Below are positions 9,053 through 17,934 of a stretch of DNA of 64,000 bases, piece after piece. A model generated the notes under the pieces. It saw only the letters and a program-made list of their open reading frames with translations, searched no databases and was not told the origin of the DNA. The stretch comes from an uncultured Pelagibacteraceae bacterium. GTDB lineage: Bacteria > Pseudomonadota > Alphaproteobacteria > Pelagibacterales > AG-422-B15. Location of the stretch: positions 11,117 to 75,116 of the forward strand of contig CAJJAN010000029.1 of the NCBI GenBank assembly GCA_905182145.1, given 5' to 3'. Position 1 is the first letter of the stretch. Every line of letters begins with the position of its first letter. Position numbers and translations under genes: made by a program.

Positions 9053-10096
9053 ATGCAAAATAACGAAAAAATTATTTGTAACAATATTTGGAAATTATTT
9101 GGTCCAAATGAAAAATCTATTTTATCTAATTTAGATAAGAGTTTGTCTCGTAATGAAGTTCAAGAAAAAACTGGTCACGTTATAGCTGTAAAAGATGTAA
9201 GTTTTTCAATAAAAAAAGGAGAGACCTTTGTTGTAATGGGCTTGTCTGGTAGTGGAAAATCAACTTTAGCAAGATGTATTTCAAGACTTATAGAGCCTAC
9301 ACATGGAGAAGTAAAAATTGATGATATTGATGTCATCAAAATGAATAAGAATGAACTCACTGACTTAAGAAGAAATAGAATGAGTATGGTTTTTCAACAT
9401 TTTGGTTTGTTTCCGCATAAAAAAGTGATTGATAATATATCCTATGGATTAGAAATTAGAGGAGCTAAGCTCAAAGAGAGATTAGAACGAGCTATGGAAG
9501 TTTGCAAAATGGTTGGCTTAGAAGGTTGGGACAATCACTATCCAAGAGAACTATCTGGAGGAATGCAACAAAGAGTTGGATTGGCAAGAGCTCTTGCAGT
9601 TGATCCAGAAATATTAATTTTTGATGAACCATTTTCTGCTTTAGATCCTTTAATCAGAAGAGAGATGCAAGATGAACTTCTTAAGCTTCAAGAAAAGCTA
9701 CAAAAAACAATGGTGTTTATTACTCATGATTTTGCAGAAGCAATTAAAATGGGTGATACAATTGCAATCATGAAGGATGGAGAGATTGTACAATTAGGAA
9801 CCCCAGAAGAAATTGTTGCCAATCCTATTGATGAATATGTTAGAGAATTTACCGAAGATGTACCAAAATATAAGGTACTTAGTGCAGGTAAAATATGTCG
9901 AAAAGAAGTGTGTGAAGATACAAAAAAAACCTTCAAAGAAGGCAATGATTGTATTGTCAATACTTCTAAAATAGACGGATTAATGGATATGTGTTGTGAA
10001 AATGATAAAACATTTCCTGTTGTTGATAGTGTAACTGGTGAATTAATTGGTGAAATTGACCGTACTATTATTATGCAATCAATGACTTCAAAATAA
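9053..10096 (+). CDS. Betaine-type ABC transporter ATPase (ProV/OpuAA-like) with C-terminal CBS-like region
   Basis: Walker A GLSGSGKST, signature LSGGMQQRVGLARAL, Walker B ILIFDEPFSALD. The ORF track starts at TTG 9017. The ATG at 9053 gives the usual short N-terminus (MQNNEKIICNNIWKLFG). Confidence 0.8.
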   Translation: MQNNEKIICNNIWKLFGPNEKSILSNLDKSLSRNEVQEKTGHVIAVKDVSFSIKKGETFVVMGLSGSGKSTLARCISRLIEPTHGEVKIDDIDVIKMNKNELTDLRRNRMSMVFQHFGLFPHKKVIDNISYGLEIRGAKLKERLERAMEVCKMVGLEGWDNHYPRELSGGMQQRVGLARALAVDPEILIFDEPFSALDPLIRREMQDELLKLQEKLQKTMVFITHDFAEAIKMGDTIAIMKDGEIVQLGTPEEIVANPIDEYVREFTEDVPKYKVLSAGKICRKEVCEDTKKTFKEGNDCIVNTSKIDGLMDMCCENDKTFPVVDSVTGELIGEIDRTIIMQSMTSK

Positions 10097-10101
10097 CAAT
10101 A

Positions 10102-11025
10102 TCAATAAAATTTCTTATTATCTCTTTGATGGTTTTCTCGAAGTGCATCACGCCAAATAATAATCATTCCTGCCAATACTATAGCTAGAACGCCTGGAAA
10201 TAATTGGTCTATAGGAGCTTCTTTAAAAAAAATCCAACCTAAAATAAATGAAGATGGAATCCCCAAATATTCAAATGGTGCCAGCTTGCTTGGTAGCATT
10301 AGGCGATAAGCATAAATAAATAAAATCCCCGCTGTTCCACCAAGTATTCCTGTCATTATCATTAAAAACAAATGGCTCATATTTTCTATTGGCTGGTGAT
10401 CAGATGAAATGAAATACAATACAAAGGCGCCAACAATTGAAAAAAACAATGAGTAAAATTGTATTTTTGCAGTTGAGATGTTTTCTGGAATAAATTTTAA
10501 AACTATCATTGATAATGACCAGCAAAATGCAACTAAAATAGGGAAAATTGAATAGATAACAAATACATCGCTTGTAGGCTTCATAATCATAATTACACCC
10601 AAAAATCCTATAACGATTGCGGACCATCTATATATTCCCACCTTATCTTTTAAAATAATAATTGATAGAAGCGCTATAAAAAAAGGTGATGCAAAAGTTA
10701 GTGTCATTGCTATCGCATACTGCATATTAATTACAGAAATAAAGAAAAAAACATTTACTCCAGTAAAACAAAGGCCTCTTATTAGACAGACGGTAATAAA
10801 TTTTTTATTTAAATCTTTGAATATTTTTAAATCATCTTGTGAAAATAAGATCAAAATTACAAGTGGAATAATTGCAAATACATTTCTAAATACTAAGAGT
10901 TGAGTAGTTGAATAAGTATCGCCAAGACTTTTAATAATTATACCATAGGAATCAATTAATATTATCCCCAAAAGCATTGCCCCTACTGCTAAGTAAGTAT
11001 TTAAATTAAATGTATATTTCTGCAT
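10102..11025 (-). CDS. DMT superfamily (EamA-like) transporter
   Basis: 307 aa, about 10 predicted hydrophobic helices and a two-repeat EamA-like organisation. Confidence 0.65.
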   Translation of the reverse strand: MQKYTFNLNTYLAVGAMLLGIILIDSYGIIIKSLGDTYSTTQLLVFRNVFAIIPLVILILFSQDDLKIFKDLNKKFITVCLIRGLCFTGVNVFFFISVINMQYAIAMTLTFASPFFIALLSIIILKDKVGIYRWSAIVIGFLGVIMIMKPTSDVFVIYSIFPILVAFCWSLSMIVLKFIPENISTAKIQFYSLFFSIVGAFVLYFISSDHQPIENMSHLFLMIMTGILGGTAGILFIYAYRLMLPSKLAPFEYLGIPSSFILGWIFFKEAPIDQLFPGVLAIVLAGMIIIWRDALRENHQRDNKKFY

Positions 11026-11132
11026 AAAGATTAATAATAAATATTGTTAACTCTTGAAAGCTATCATTTATTATCTTTAAATAAATAAATAAAAGAATTA
11101 TAGTTTTTTTTAATTTGTGAAGAACCTAAACT

Positions 11133-12323
11133 ATGAAACAGTTTAATTTAAATATAGATGAAATTTTACAACCCCAAGATTGGGGATTTCCTGTACCAAT
11201 TGCATATGGACCAGGAAGAGTTAAAGAGATTTCTTCTTTTTGTAAAAATTTAAATATTCATAATCCATTGATAGTAACCGACAGTGGAAGCAAAGACTTG
11301 CCCTTTATTGAAAATTTAATAAAAGTTTTGACAGATTCAAATATTAAGTCAGGTCTTTTTTATGGTATTTCCCCTAACCCACGAAGTGATGAAATAGCAA
11401 ATGGCTGTTCTGAGTTTAAATCTGGAAATCACGATGCTATAATTGCAATTGGTGGTGGAAGTGCAATGGATGGAGGTAAATCTATTTGTTTAACTGCTAA
11501 TAATGATTATCCACTATTTGATTTTGATTGGGAAAAACCAGCACCTAAAATTGGAAAAGAAAATCAATTTCCAAAGCTGATAACAATTCCAACTACCGCA
11601 GGAACTGGTGCCGAAACTGAGAGTACTGCAATGGTTACCGATATTGAACAAATGATGAAGTTTTGTATTTGTCATCCAGAACTTAAACCTGCTGTTGCAA
11701 TACTAGATCCGGAGTTAACATTAAAATTACCAGCAAACCTTACGGCATGGACAGGTGTTGATGCTATGGTTCACGCAATTGAAGGTTATATCGTGCCTGG
11801 ATTTCATCCTTTATGTGATGGTGCTGCTCTTGAAAGTCTATCTTTGATTTCTAAATCCCTTCATTTAGCAGTCGAAGAACCTGATAATCTTGCTGCACGT
11901 GGGGCTATGCTAGTTGCTTCTATGCTTGGCGGTATTGCTTTTATTAAAGGTTTAGGTTTAGTCCATGCAATTGCACACATGGTTGGTGCAGAGTATAATA
12001 CTCATCATGGCTTAACAAATGCGATAATACTTCCAACTGTATTAAGATATAATTTACCTACGTTAGAAGAAAAAGTAAAACGCATGTCTGAAGCGCTGCA
12101 ATATGAAGATGCTACTGTAGCCACATTTATTGCTAATCAAGAAAAACTTTTAGATAGATTCAATATACCCAAGGGGCTTAATGAAATTGGTGTGCCAGAA
12201 GATTGTGTAGACAGAATTGCAAAAAAATCTATGGTTGATACAGCATTTGGTACCAATCCAGTAGAAGCAAAGATTGATGATATGAAAAAGCTGGTTCTGG
12301 CCAGCATAATTAAAGCGCGATAA
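11133..12323 (+). CDS. Iron-containing (type III) alcohol dehydrogenase
   Basis: GGGSAMDGGK nucleotide motif and metal His motifs DAMVHAIEG and HAIAHMVGAEYNTHHG. Confidence 0.8.
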   Translation: MKQFNLNIDEILQPQDWGFPVPIAYGPGRVKEISSFCKNLNIHNPLIVTDSGSKDLPFIENLIKVLTDSNIKSGLFYGISPNPRSDEIANGCSEFKSGNHDAIIAIGGGSAMDGGKSICLTANNDYPLFDFDWEKPAPKIGKENQFPKLITIPTTAGTGAETESTAMVTDIEQMMKFCICHPELKPAVAILDPELTLKLPANLTAWTGVDAMVHAIEGYIVPGFHPLCDGAALESLSLISKSLHLAVEEPDNLAARGAMLVASMLGGIAFIKGLGLVHAIAHMVGAEYNTHHGLTNAIILPTVLRYNLPTLEEKVKRMSEALQYEDATVATFIANQEKLLDRFNIPKGLNEIGVPEDCVDRIAKKSMVDTAFGTNPVEAKIDDMKKLVLASIIKAR

Positions 12324-12335
12324 AAGGAATAAATA

Positions 12336-13760
12336 ATGGAAAATCTTCAAAAATTTTATATTAACGGCGAGTGGGTTACTCCACAGTCCAAAAATACAAT
12401 GCCTGTAATGAATCCGGCTACAGAAGAACAAATTGGAATTGTGGCCATGGGAAATACTGATGATGTAAATCTTGCTGTCAGTGCTGCAAATGCTGCATTT
12501 GAAACTTTCTCTCAAACATCAAAGGAAGAGCGTTTAAAATTACTTTTAAAAATTCAAGAAGTTACAAAAAATAGATTTGAAGATCTTGTCCAAGCTATGA
12601 GTTTAGAAATGGGAGCACCAATGACGATGGCTAGAGACGCTCAAGCTGATGCTGCTATAGGACATCTAGATGGATTTATTGAAGCATTAAAAAAACTAGA
12701 AGATTATGTAACACTTCCAAATGGTGATGTTCTTTGCAAAGAACCTATTGGTGTGTGTGGACTAATAACACCATGGAATTGGCCAATTAATCAAATTACT
12801 CTAAAAGTATTGCCTGCTATTGCTACTGGTTGTACGAGTATCCTAAAACCTTCAGAACATACTCCACTTTCTGCCGTAGTATATACAGAGATCTTACATG
12901 AAGCCGGTGTACCTCCAGGTGTTTTCAATCTTGTACAAGGTGACGGTGAAAATGTAGGAGTACCAATGTCAAGACACCCTGATATTCAAATGATGTCTTT
13001 TACTGGTTCAACCCGCGGTGGAATTTCAGTGACCAAAGAATCTGCTTCCACTGTTAAAAAAGTTACCTTGGAACTTGGAGGCAAATCTCCAAATTTAGTA
13101 TTTGCCGATTGTGATTTAAATGAAAAAGTTGCTGCTTCTGTAAATGAGTGCATGTTTAACACCGGCCAATCGTGTGATGCACCCACTAGACTATTAGTAG
13201 AAAAAAGCTGTTATGCAGAAGCGTTAAAGATTGCAAAAGAAGCTGCTGAAAATATTTCACTTGGTGACCCAAAAGAAGAAGGTGATCATCTAGGACCACT
13301 ATTTGATAAGATTCAATACGATCGAGTGCAAACGATGATTAAAGTTGGTATTGATGAAGGTGTAACATTATTAACTGGAGGACTTGGTAAGCCTGAAGGT
13401 TTTGAAACTGGCTGGTATACTAAACCGACAATTTTTGCTGATGTCACAAATGATAAACGGGTTGCTCAAGAAGAAATATTTGGTCCAGTGTTGGTAATAA
13501 TTCCGTTTGAGGATGAGGCTGAAGCTATTAAAATTGCTAATGATACTCCATATGGATTAGCAGCATATATGCAAACTGGTAGTAAAGAACGCGCTGATAG
13601 AGTTGCAAGACAGCTTCGTGCTGGTGCGGTTCATGTAAATGGTGCCGGTTATAATTATGGCTCACCTTTTGGTGGCTATAAACAATCTGGTAATGGACGT
13701 GAAGGTGGTGATATGGGTATTGAAGATTACCTCGAAACCAAGACTCTACATGGGGTCTAA
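12336..13760 (+). CDS. NAD(P)-dependent aldehyde dehydrogenase
   Basis: 474 aa. Catalytic Glu in LELGGKSP, catalytic Cys in FNTGQSCDAPTR, and FTGST and EEIFGPV motifs. Confidence 0.85.
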   Translation: MENLQKFYINGEWVTPQSKNTMPVMNPATEEQIGIVAMGNTDDVNLAVSAANAAFETFSQTSKEERLKLLLKIQEVTKNRFEDLVQAMSLEMGAPMTMARDAQADAAIGHLDGFIEALKKLEDYVTLPNGDVLCKEPIGVCGLITPWNWPINQITLKVLPAIATGCTSILKPSEHTPLSAVVYTEILHEAGVPPGVFNLVQGDGENVGVPMSRHPDIQMMSFTGSTRGGISVTKESASTVKKVTLELGGKSPNLVFADCDLNEKVAASVNECMFNTGQSCDAPTRLLVEKSCYAEALKIAKEAAENISLGDPKEEGDHLGPLFDKIQYDRVQTMIKVGIDEGVTLLTGGLGKPEGFETGWYTKPTIFADVTNDKRVAQEEIFGPVLVIIPFEDEAEAIKIANDTPYGLAAYMQTGSKERADRVARQLRAGAVHVNGAGYNYGSPFGGYKQSGNGREGGDMGIEDYLETKTLHGV

Positions 13761-13788
13761 ACTAGGGTAGTTGATAAGGACTAAGATT

Positions 13789-14925
13789 ATGGCCTTTAAT
13801 GCCCTTGAAACCGCACCCCAAATTACTCGTATTCGAGTCTACACTGTAGTGCAAAAGCCACCTGAGTTTTCCTGGTCGCCCATCATGCCCAAGGTACTTA
13901 ACACAGATACTATCGTACGTTTGACAGACGATAGTGGACAGGATGGCATCAGTAGCGTGTGCACTTTTACTGAACATGGCGTTGATAATTCGGTGCTGGA
14001 ATCGATGCGGCCACTGCTAATTGGCCTACTCGAACAGAAGCCACAGTCTCTAAAGGATCAATGGGCTTGGATGCAGCAACGTCGACCTGGCGTGTCTAAC
14101 ACTGCAATTGCGGGCTTAGACATTGCCATGTGGGATCTTGTTGCAAAACGACAAGCCTTGCCACTGTATAAACTGCTTGGCGGTGAGCGGCATAGTATCC
14201 GTGCCTACGCTAGTATCCCAGTGATGGAACAAGCGTCCCAGTATATAGAGCTTATCAACACGTTACGTCAAACTGGTTTTTCGATTTTTAAGTTCCACTA
14301 TAAATCTATAGCCGAAGCTGATATTTCACTGATGCGTGATGTTTACCATGTTTTCAAAGATCAGGGTTGTCAGTTTATGTTTGACGCTGAAGGTCATTAT
14401 GAAGCCCAAGGAGCGGCTAAGGTAGCGGCAGTAATGGAAGAACAAGGATTCATTTGGCTAGAGGCGCCATTTGATGACCATGATTGGGCGAGTTATCGTG
14501 CCTTAAAGCGCAGCACTTCTGTGCCTATCATCCCAGCAGGTAATAGTGTGGTAGATTTAGCCCATGTACAACAGGCCATTGCCGCCGATTGCTGGAGCGC
14601 CCTACGCATTGACGCTGCCACGGCAGGTGGCATCAGTCCCGCTATGGCTATTTTTACCATGGCTGCAAAGTCTGAACTCAATGTTGAACTTCAGTCTTGG
14701 GGTAGCTCACTGTCTACCGCTGCCAATCTTCACCTGGCCCTAGCCAATGCCAATAGCCATTATTTTGAAGTACCCGTTCCCATCGATGATTTTCTCATTC
14801 AAGGTGTTGATCACTTCCAATTAGATTCTAATGGTCACGTTTCTGCACCCAAAAAGGCGGGTCTAGGACTTGATGTTGATTGGTCAATTATTGAGGCCAC
14901 ATCTAGCAGATGTGTAGAATTATAA
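13789..14925 (+). CDS. Enolase-superfamily (mandelate racemase/muconate lactonizing enzyme-like) protein, compositionally foreign
   Basis: DIAMWDLVAKRQALPLYKLLGG capping motif and candidate barrel ligands FMFDAEG, WLEAPF and IPAGNS. The ATG at 13789 is preferred over the track's TTG at 13771. About 48-50% G+C against about 30% in the flanks. Confidence 0.75.
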   Translation: MAFNALETAPQITRIRVYTVVQKPPEFSWSPIMPKVLNTDTIVRLTDDSGQDGISSVCTFTEHGVDNSVLESMRPLLIGLLEQKPQSLKDQWAWMQQRRPGVSNTAIAGLDIAMWDLVAKRQALPLYKLLGGERHSIRAYASIPVMEQASQYIELINTLRQTGFSIFKFHYKSIAEADISLMRDVYHVFKDQGCQFMFDAEGHYEAQGAAKVAAVMEEQGFIWLEAPFDDHDWASYRALKRSTSVPIIPAGNSVVDLAHVQQAIAADCWSALRIDAATAGGISPAMAIFTMAAKSELNVELQSWGSSLSTAANLHLALANANSHYFEVPVPIDDFLIQGVDHFQLDSNGHVSAPKKAGLGLDVDWSIIEATSSRCVEL

Positions 14926-16356
14926 ATGCTTGAAAATTTACCTGCTGATAAGATTGTTTCAAATATTATAGAAAAAAAAATAAGCGCTGAAGAAGTTACT
15001 GATTATTATCTCCAACGTATAAAAAAGTATAATCCAGTTATCAATGCTATTGTTTCACTTAAAGATGAAGAAGAAATAATAGCAGAGGCTAAAAAAAAAG
15101 ACTTCATTAAAAACCCTGATAGTAAACTCAAACTACTTTATGGTCTGCCATTAGCTGTAAAAGATCTATTTGATGTCAAAGGTATTCCTACTACATATGG
15201 AATAAAAGAATTCAAAAATAATATTCCTACAAAAAACTCGTTGATCGTAGATAGATTAATTAATCACGGTGCAATTATTATAGGTAAGACTAATGTTCCA
15301 GAATTTGCAGTAGGTGCTCATACTAATAATAAATTGTTTGGTCCTACAGCAAATGTATACGATACAAACAGTTCGGCAGGTGGATCAAGTGGAGGCTCAG
15401 CTGCTGCCATAGCAGCAGAATTAGTACCAATGTCAGATGGATCTGATATGATGGGATCATGCAGAATTCCTGCTGCTTTTTCTAATATATATGGAATTAG
15501 GCCAACCCCTGGATTAATCCCAGTCGAGAGAAATGCTAGTCAAAAGATAGATTTGCCTCATTTAAGTACCGCTGGATGCCTTGCTCGAACTCCAAGTGAT
15601 ATGTCCCTAATGCTAGATGCAATATCGGGAAAGCATCCATTAGATCCATTCTCTTTTGATCTTCATTCAACATTTACCAATAGTAATTTTAGTGAATTGC
15701 AGTTTTCTAAAATAAAGATTGGTTGGCTTGGAGACATACAAGGTCAATATTTGTTTGAAGAAGGTATACTTGAATTGTGTGAAAAGGCTCTTCAGGTTTT
15801 GGAGCAACATAAATTACAGGTCGATTTAATAAAAATAGATATGAAGACTAATATAGTGTGGGATAGCTGGACTACCTTACGTGCCTCAATTTTGTACCAA
15901 GACATAATTGATATGAAATTAGAAAATATTGGTGAGATGCATCCAGGTATAGTTTGGGAGCACCATAAAGGTCAAAATATTACAGATGATGATATATCAA
16001 ATGCCTTAAATCAAAGAAATGTATGCATGCATGAAATTGATAATTTATTTAATAAATTTGATTTTCTTGCTTTACCAGCAGCTCAAATTTTTCCATTTGA
16101 TAAAGAAACTGACTATCCAAAAAAAATAGGTAATACTGAGCTCGATACGTACCATCGTTGGATGGAGGTTGCCGCTCTTGCAAGCTTATTAGGATTGCCT
16201 ACAATATCAGTTCCTGTCGGATTCAATAAAGAAGGGCTACCAATGGGAATGCAGATTATTGCAAAAAAAGGGAAAGACTTAGAATTAGTTGCGTTTGCAA
16301 AAAAATATGAAGAAATTTTTTTATTTTCTAAATATAGACCTAAAAATTTTAATTAA
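14926..16356 (+). CDS. Amidase-signature family amidase
   Basis: GGSSGGSAAAIA signature, a catalytic Lys context LAVKDLFDVKG, and a length of 476 aa. Confidence 0.85.
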   Translation: MLENLPADKIVSNIIEKKISAEEVTDYYLQRIKKYNPVINAIVSLKDEEEIIAEAKKKDFIKNPDSKLKLLYGLPLAVKDLFDVKGIPTTYGIKEFKNNIPTKNSLIVDRLINHGAIIIGKTNVPEFAVGAHTNNKLFGPTANVYDTNSSAGGSSGGSAAAIAAELVPMSDGSDMMGSCRIPAAFSNIYGIRPTPGLIPVERNASQKIDLPHLSTAGCLARTPSDMSLMLDAISGKHPLDPFSFDLHSTFTNSNFSELQFSKIKIGWLGDIQGQYLFEEGILELCEKALQVLEQHKLQVDLIKIDMKTNIVWDSWTTLRASILYQDIIDMKLENIGEMHPGIVWEHHKGQNITDDDISNALNQRNVCMHEIDNLFNKFDFLALPAAQIFPFDKETDYPKKIGNTELDTYHRWMEVAALASLLGLPTISVPVGFNKEGLPMGMQIIAKKGKDLELVAFAKKYEEIFLFSKYRPKNFN

Positions 16357-16362
16357 GTAATT

Positions 16363-17526
16363 ATGAATAAAGAAAAATTAAATAGTGAGCCAAACCCTAC
16401 GCTAGTTAATCTTAGGGATAATAAGGCAAAATGGAATTTGCCAGAATATAGGAGAGAAGGATATAGAAATTTACATAGAATAAATAGATACGGTTTATTT
16501 TTAAGATCAGATCAAGTTTTGCAACTTAATAAAAATATTAACCATGAGATTGAGAAAATTCCTCTGGTTCAAAAGATGACTAATCATAAGTCTTTTTGTT
16601 CTTTAGTGGTAGGCAGAGATCAAGATATCTTGCTAGAAAAGTACGCTAATGATTTCTCTGAATTACAACCTCAAACTATTATGTCTATTTCAAAAATGTA
16701 TTTAAATTTATTTGTTGGAGAATTAGTAGAGAAAAAAAAATTAGACTTATCTAAAAAAATTTCATTTTATTTGCCAAATATTGGCTCTGGCTATGCCAAT
16801 GCGACTGTTCAAAATATTCTGAATATGAATGTAGATAATCTTTACACTGAAGATTATACCGATGCATTTTCTTCATCGTTTGCACATGAATCTGTTGGGG
16901 GCTGGAGATTACCTGAAGTACTGAATGATAACGAAAATCAAGAAGAGTTTTTAAATAAAATAAAAGCTACGAATGAAATTGATCCTACAAATCAATCTGA
17001 ATTTGCAAAATATAAATCAGCAAATTCTGATGTTATTGGAATTTTAGTTGAAAAAGTAAGTGGTATTCCACTAAGAGATTGGGCTTTATCAGCTGTAGAA
17101 GCTGCAGGTTTTGAAGATGCACTTTATATGGCGACTGATAGAGCTGGAATGCCATGGATGTCAGGTGGTGGATGTCTAATACCCAGAGATTTTCTAAGAA
17201 TGGGCTTATTATTCTCTAGAAAAGGGTTAGGCGTATCAGACAGATCTATTGGGTCAGCAAATTTTATTGATGAGACACTTAAGTTTTTGGGGCCTAAATA
17301 TATGACTTTAACAAATAATAGCAGTGTCTATTATGCTAATCAAACCATGAAGTCTAAAGATTGGATTGGACACTCTGGTTATGGAGGGCAGTTTTTGATG
17401 ATAAATTTAAAGACTAAAATAGCTGCTGGTTTCTTTTCAGTAATAGAAACGGAATCAGCAACAGATGAAACATACAAGATAGATATGATACAAATGCTTG
17501 AAGATATTGTATCTGGAAATTATTAA
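16363..17526 (+). CDS. Beta-lactamase-fold serine hydrolase (class C / family VIII esterase / D-aminopeptidase-like)
   Basis: SxxK motif SISK, YxN-like YAN, and GHSGYGG in place of the KTG box. Confidence 0.65.
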   Translation: MNKEKLNSEPNPTLVNLRDNKAKWNLPEYRREGYRNLHRINRYGLFLRSDQVLQLNKNINHEIEKIPLVQKMTNHKSFCSLVVGRDQDILLEKYANDFSELQPQTIMSISKMYLNLFVGELVEKKKLDLSKKISFYLPNIGSGYANATVQNILNMNVDNLYTEDYTDAFSSSFAHESVGGWRLPEVLNDNENQEEFLNKIKATNEIDPTNQSEFAKYKSANSDVIGILVEKVSGIPLRDWALSAVEAAGFEDALYMATDRAGMPWMSGGGCLIPRDFLRMGLLFSRKGLGVSDRSIGSANFIDETLKFLGPKYMTLTNNSSVYYANQTMKSKDWIGHSGYGGQFLMINLKTKIAAGFFSVIETESATDETYKIDMIQMLEDIVSGNY

Positions 17527-17547
17527 ACTAATGGAAAGGTAAAAATT

Positions 17548-17934
17548 ATGAGAGGTTATGTAATGGTTGGAACAAATGATCTAGATAAATCAGAAAAGTT
17601 TTATAATAAACTACTAGATACTGTTGGACTTAAAAAAATATATAGTGACGAGGGTTGTGTTGGTTATGGACAAAAAACTGGTCCTGAAGTAGTAGAATTT
17701 TATATTACAATGCCTGCTAATGGTGAGCCTGCCACTTATGGTAATGGTACACAAATTTCATTTTTATCAAATACTAGAGCAGAAGTTGATAAATTTCATG
17801 CTACTGGAATTGAGAATGGTGGAGTGTGTGAAGGTTTACCAGGACTTAGACCAGAAGGAGCATCGACCTACTACTCTTATGTTAGAGATCTTAATGGCAA
17901 TAAAGTCTGCGCTTACACAGACTCTAAAGATTAA
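17548..17934 (+). CDS. VOC/glyoxalase-bleomycin resistance family protein
   Basis: 128 aa. N-terminal VMVGTNDLDKSEKFY and C-terminal YVRDLNGNKV are typical beta-alpha-beta-beta-beta module ends. GAAAGG lies upstream of the ATG. Confidence 0.6.
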   Translation: MRGYVMVGTNDLDKSEKFYNKLLDTVGLKKIYSDEGCVGYGQKTGPEVVEFYITMPANGEPATYGNGTQISFLSNTRAEVDKFHATGIENGGVCEGLPGLRPEGASTYYSYVRDLNGNKVCAYTDSKD

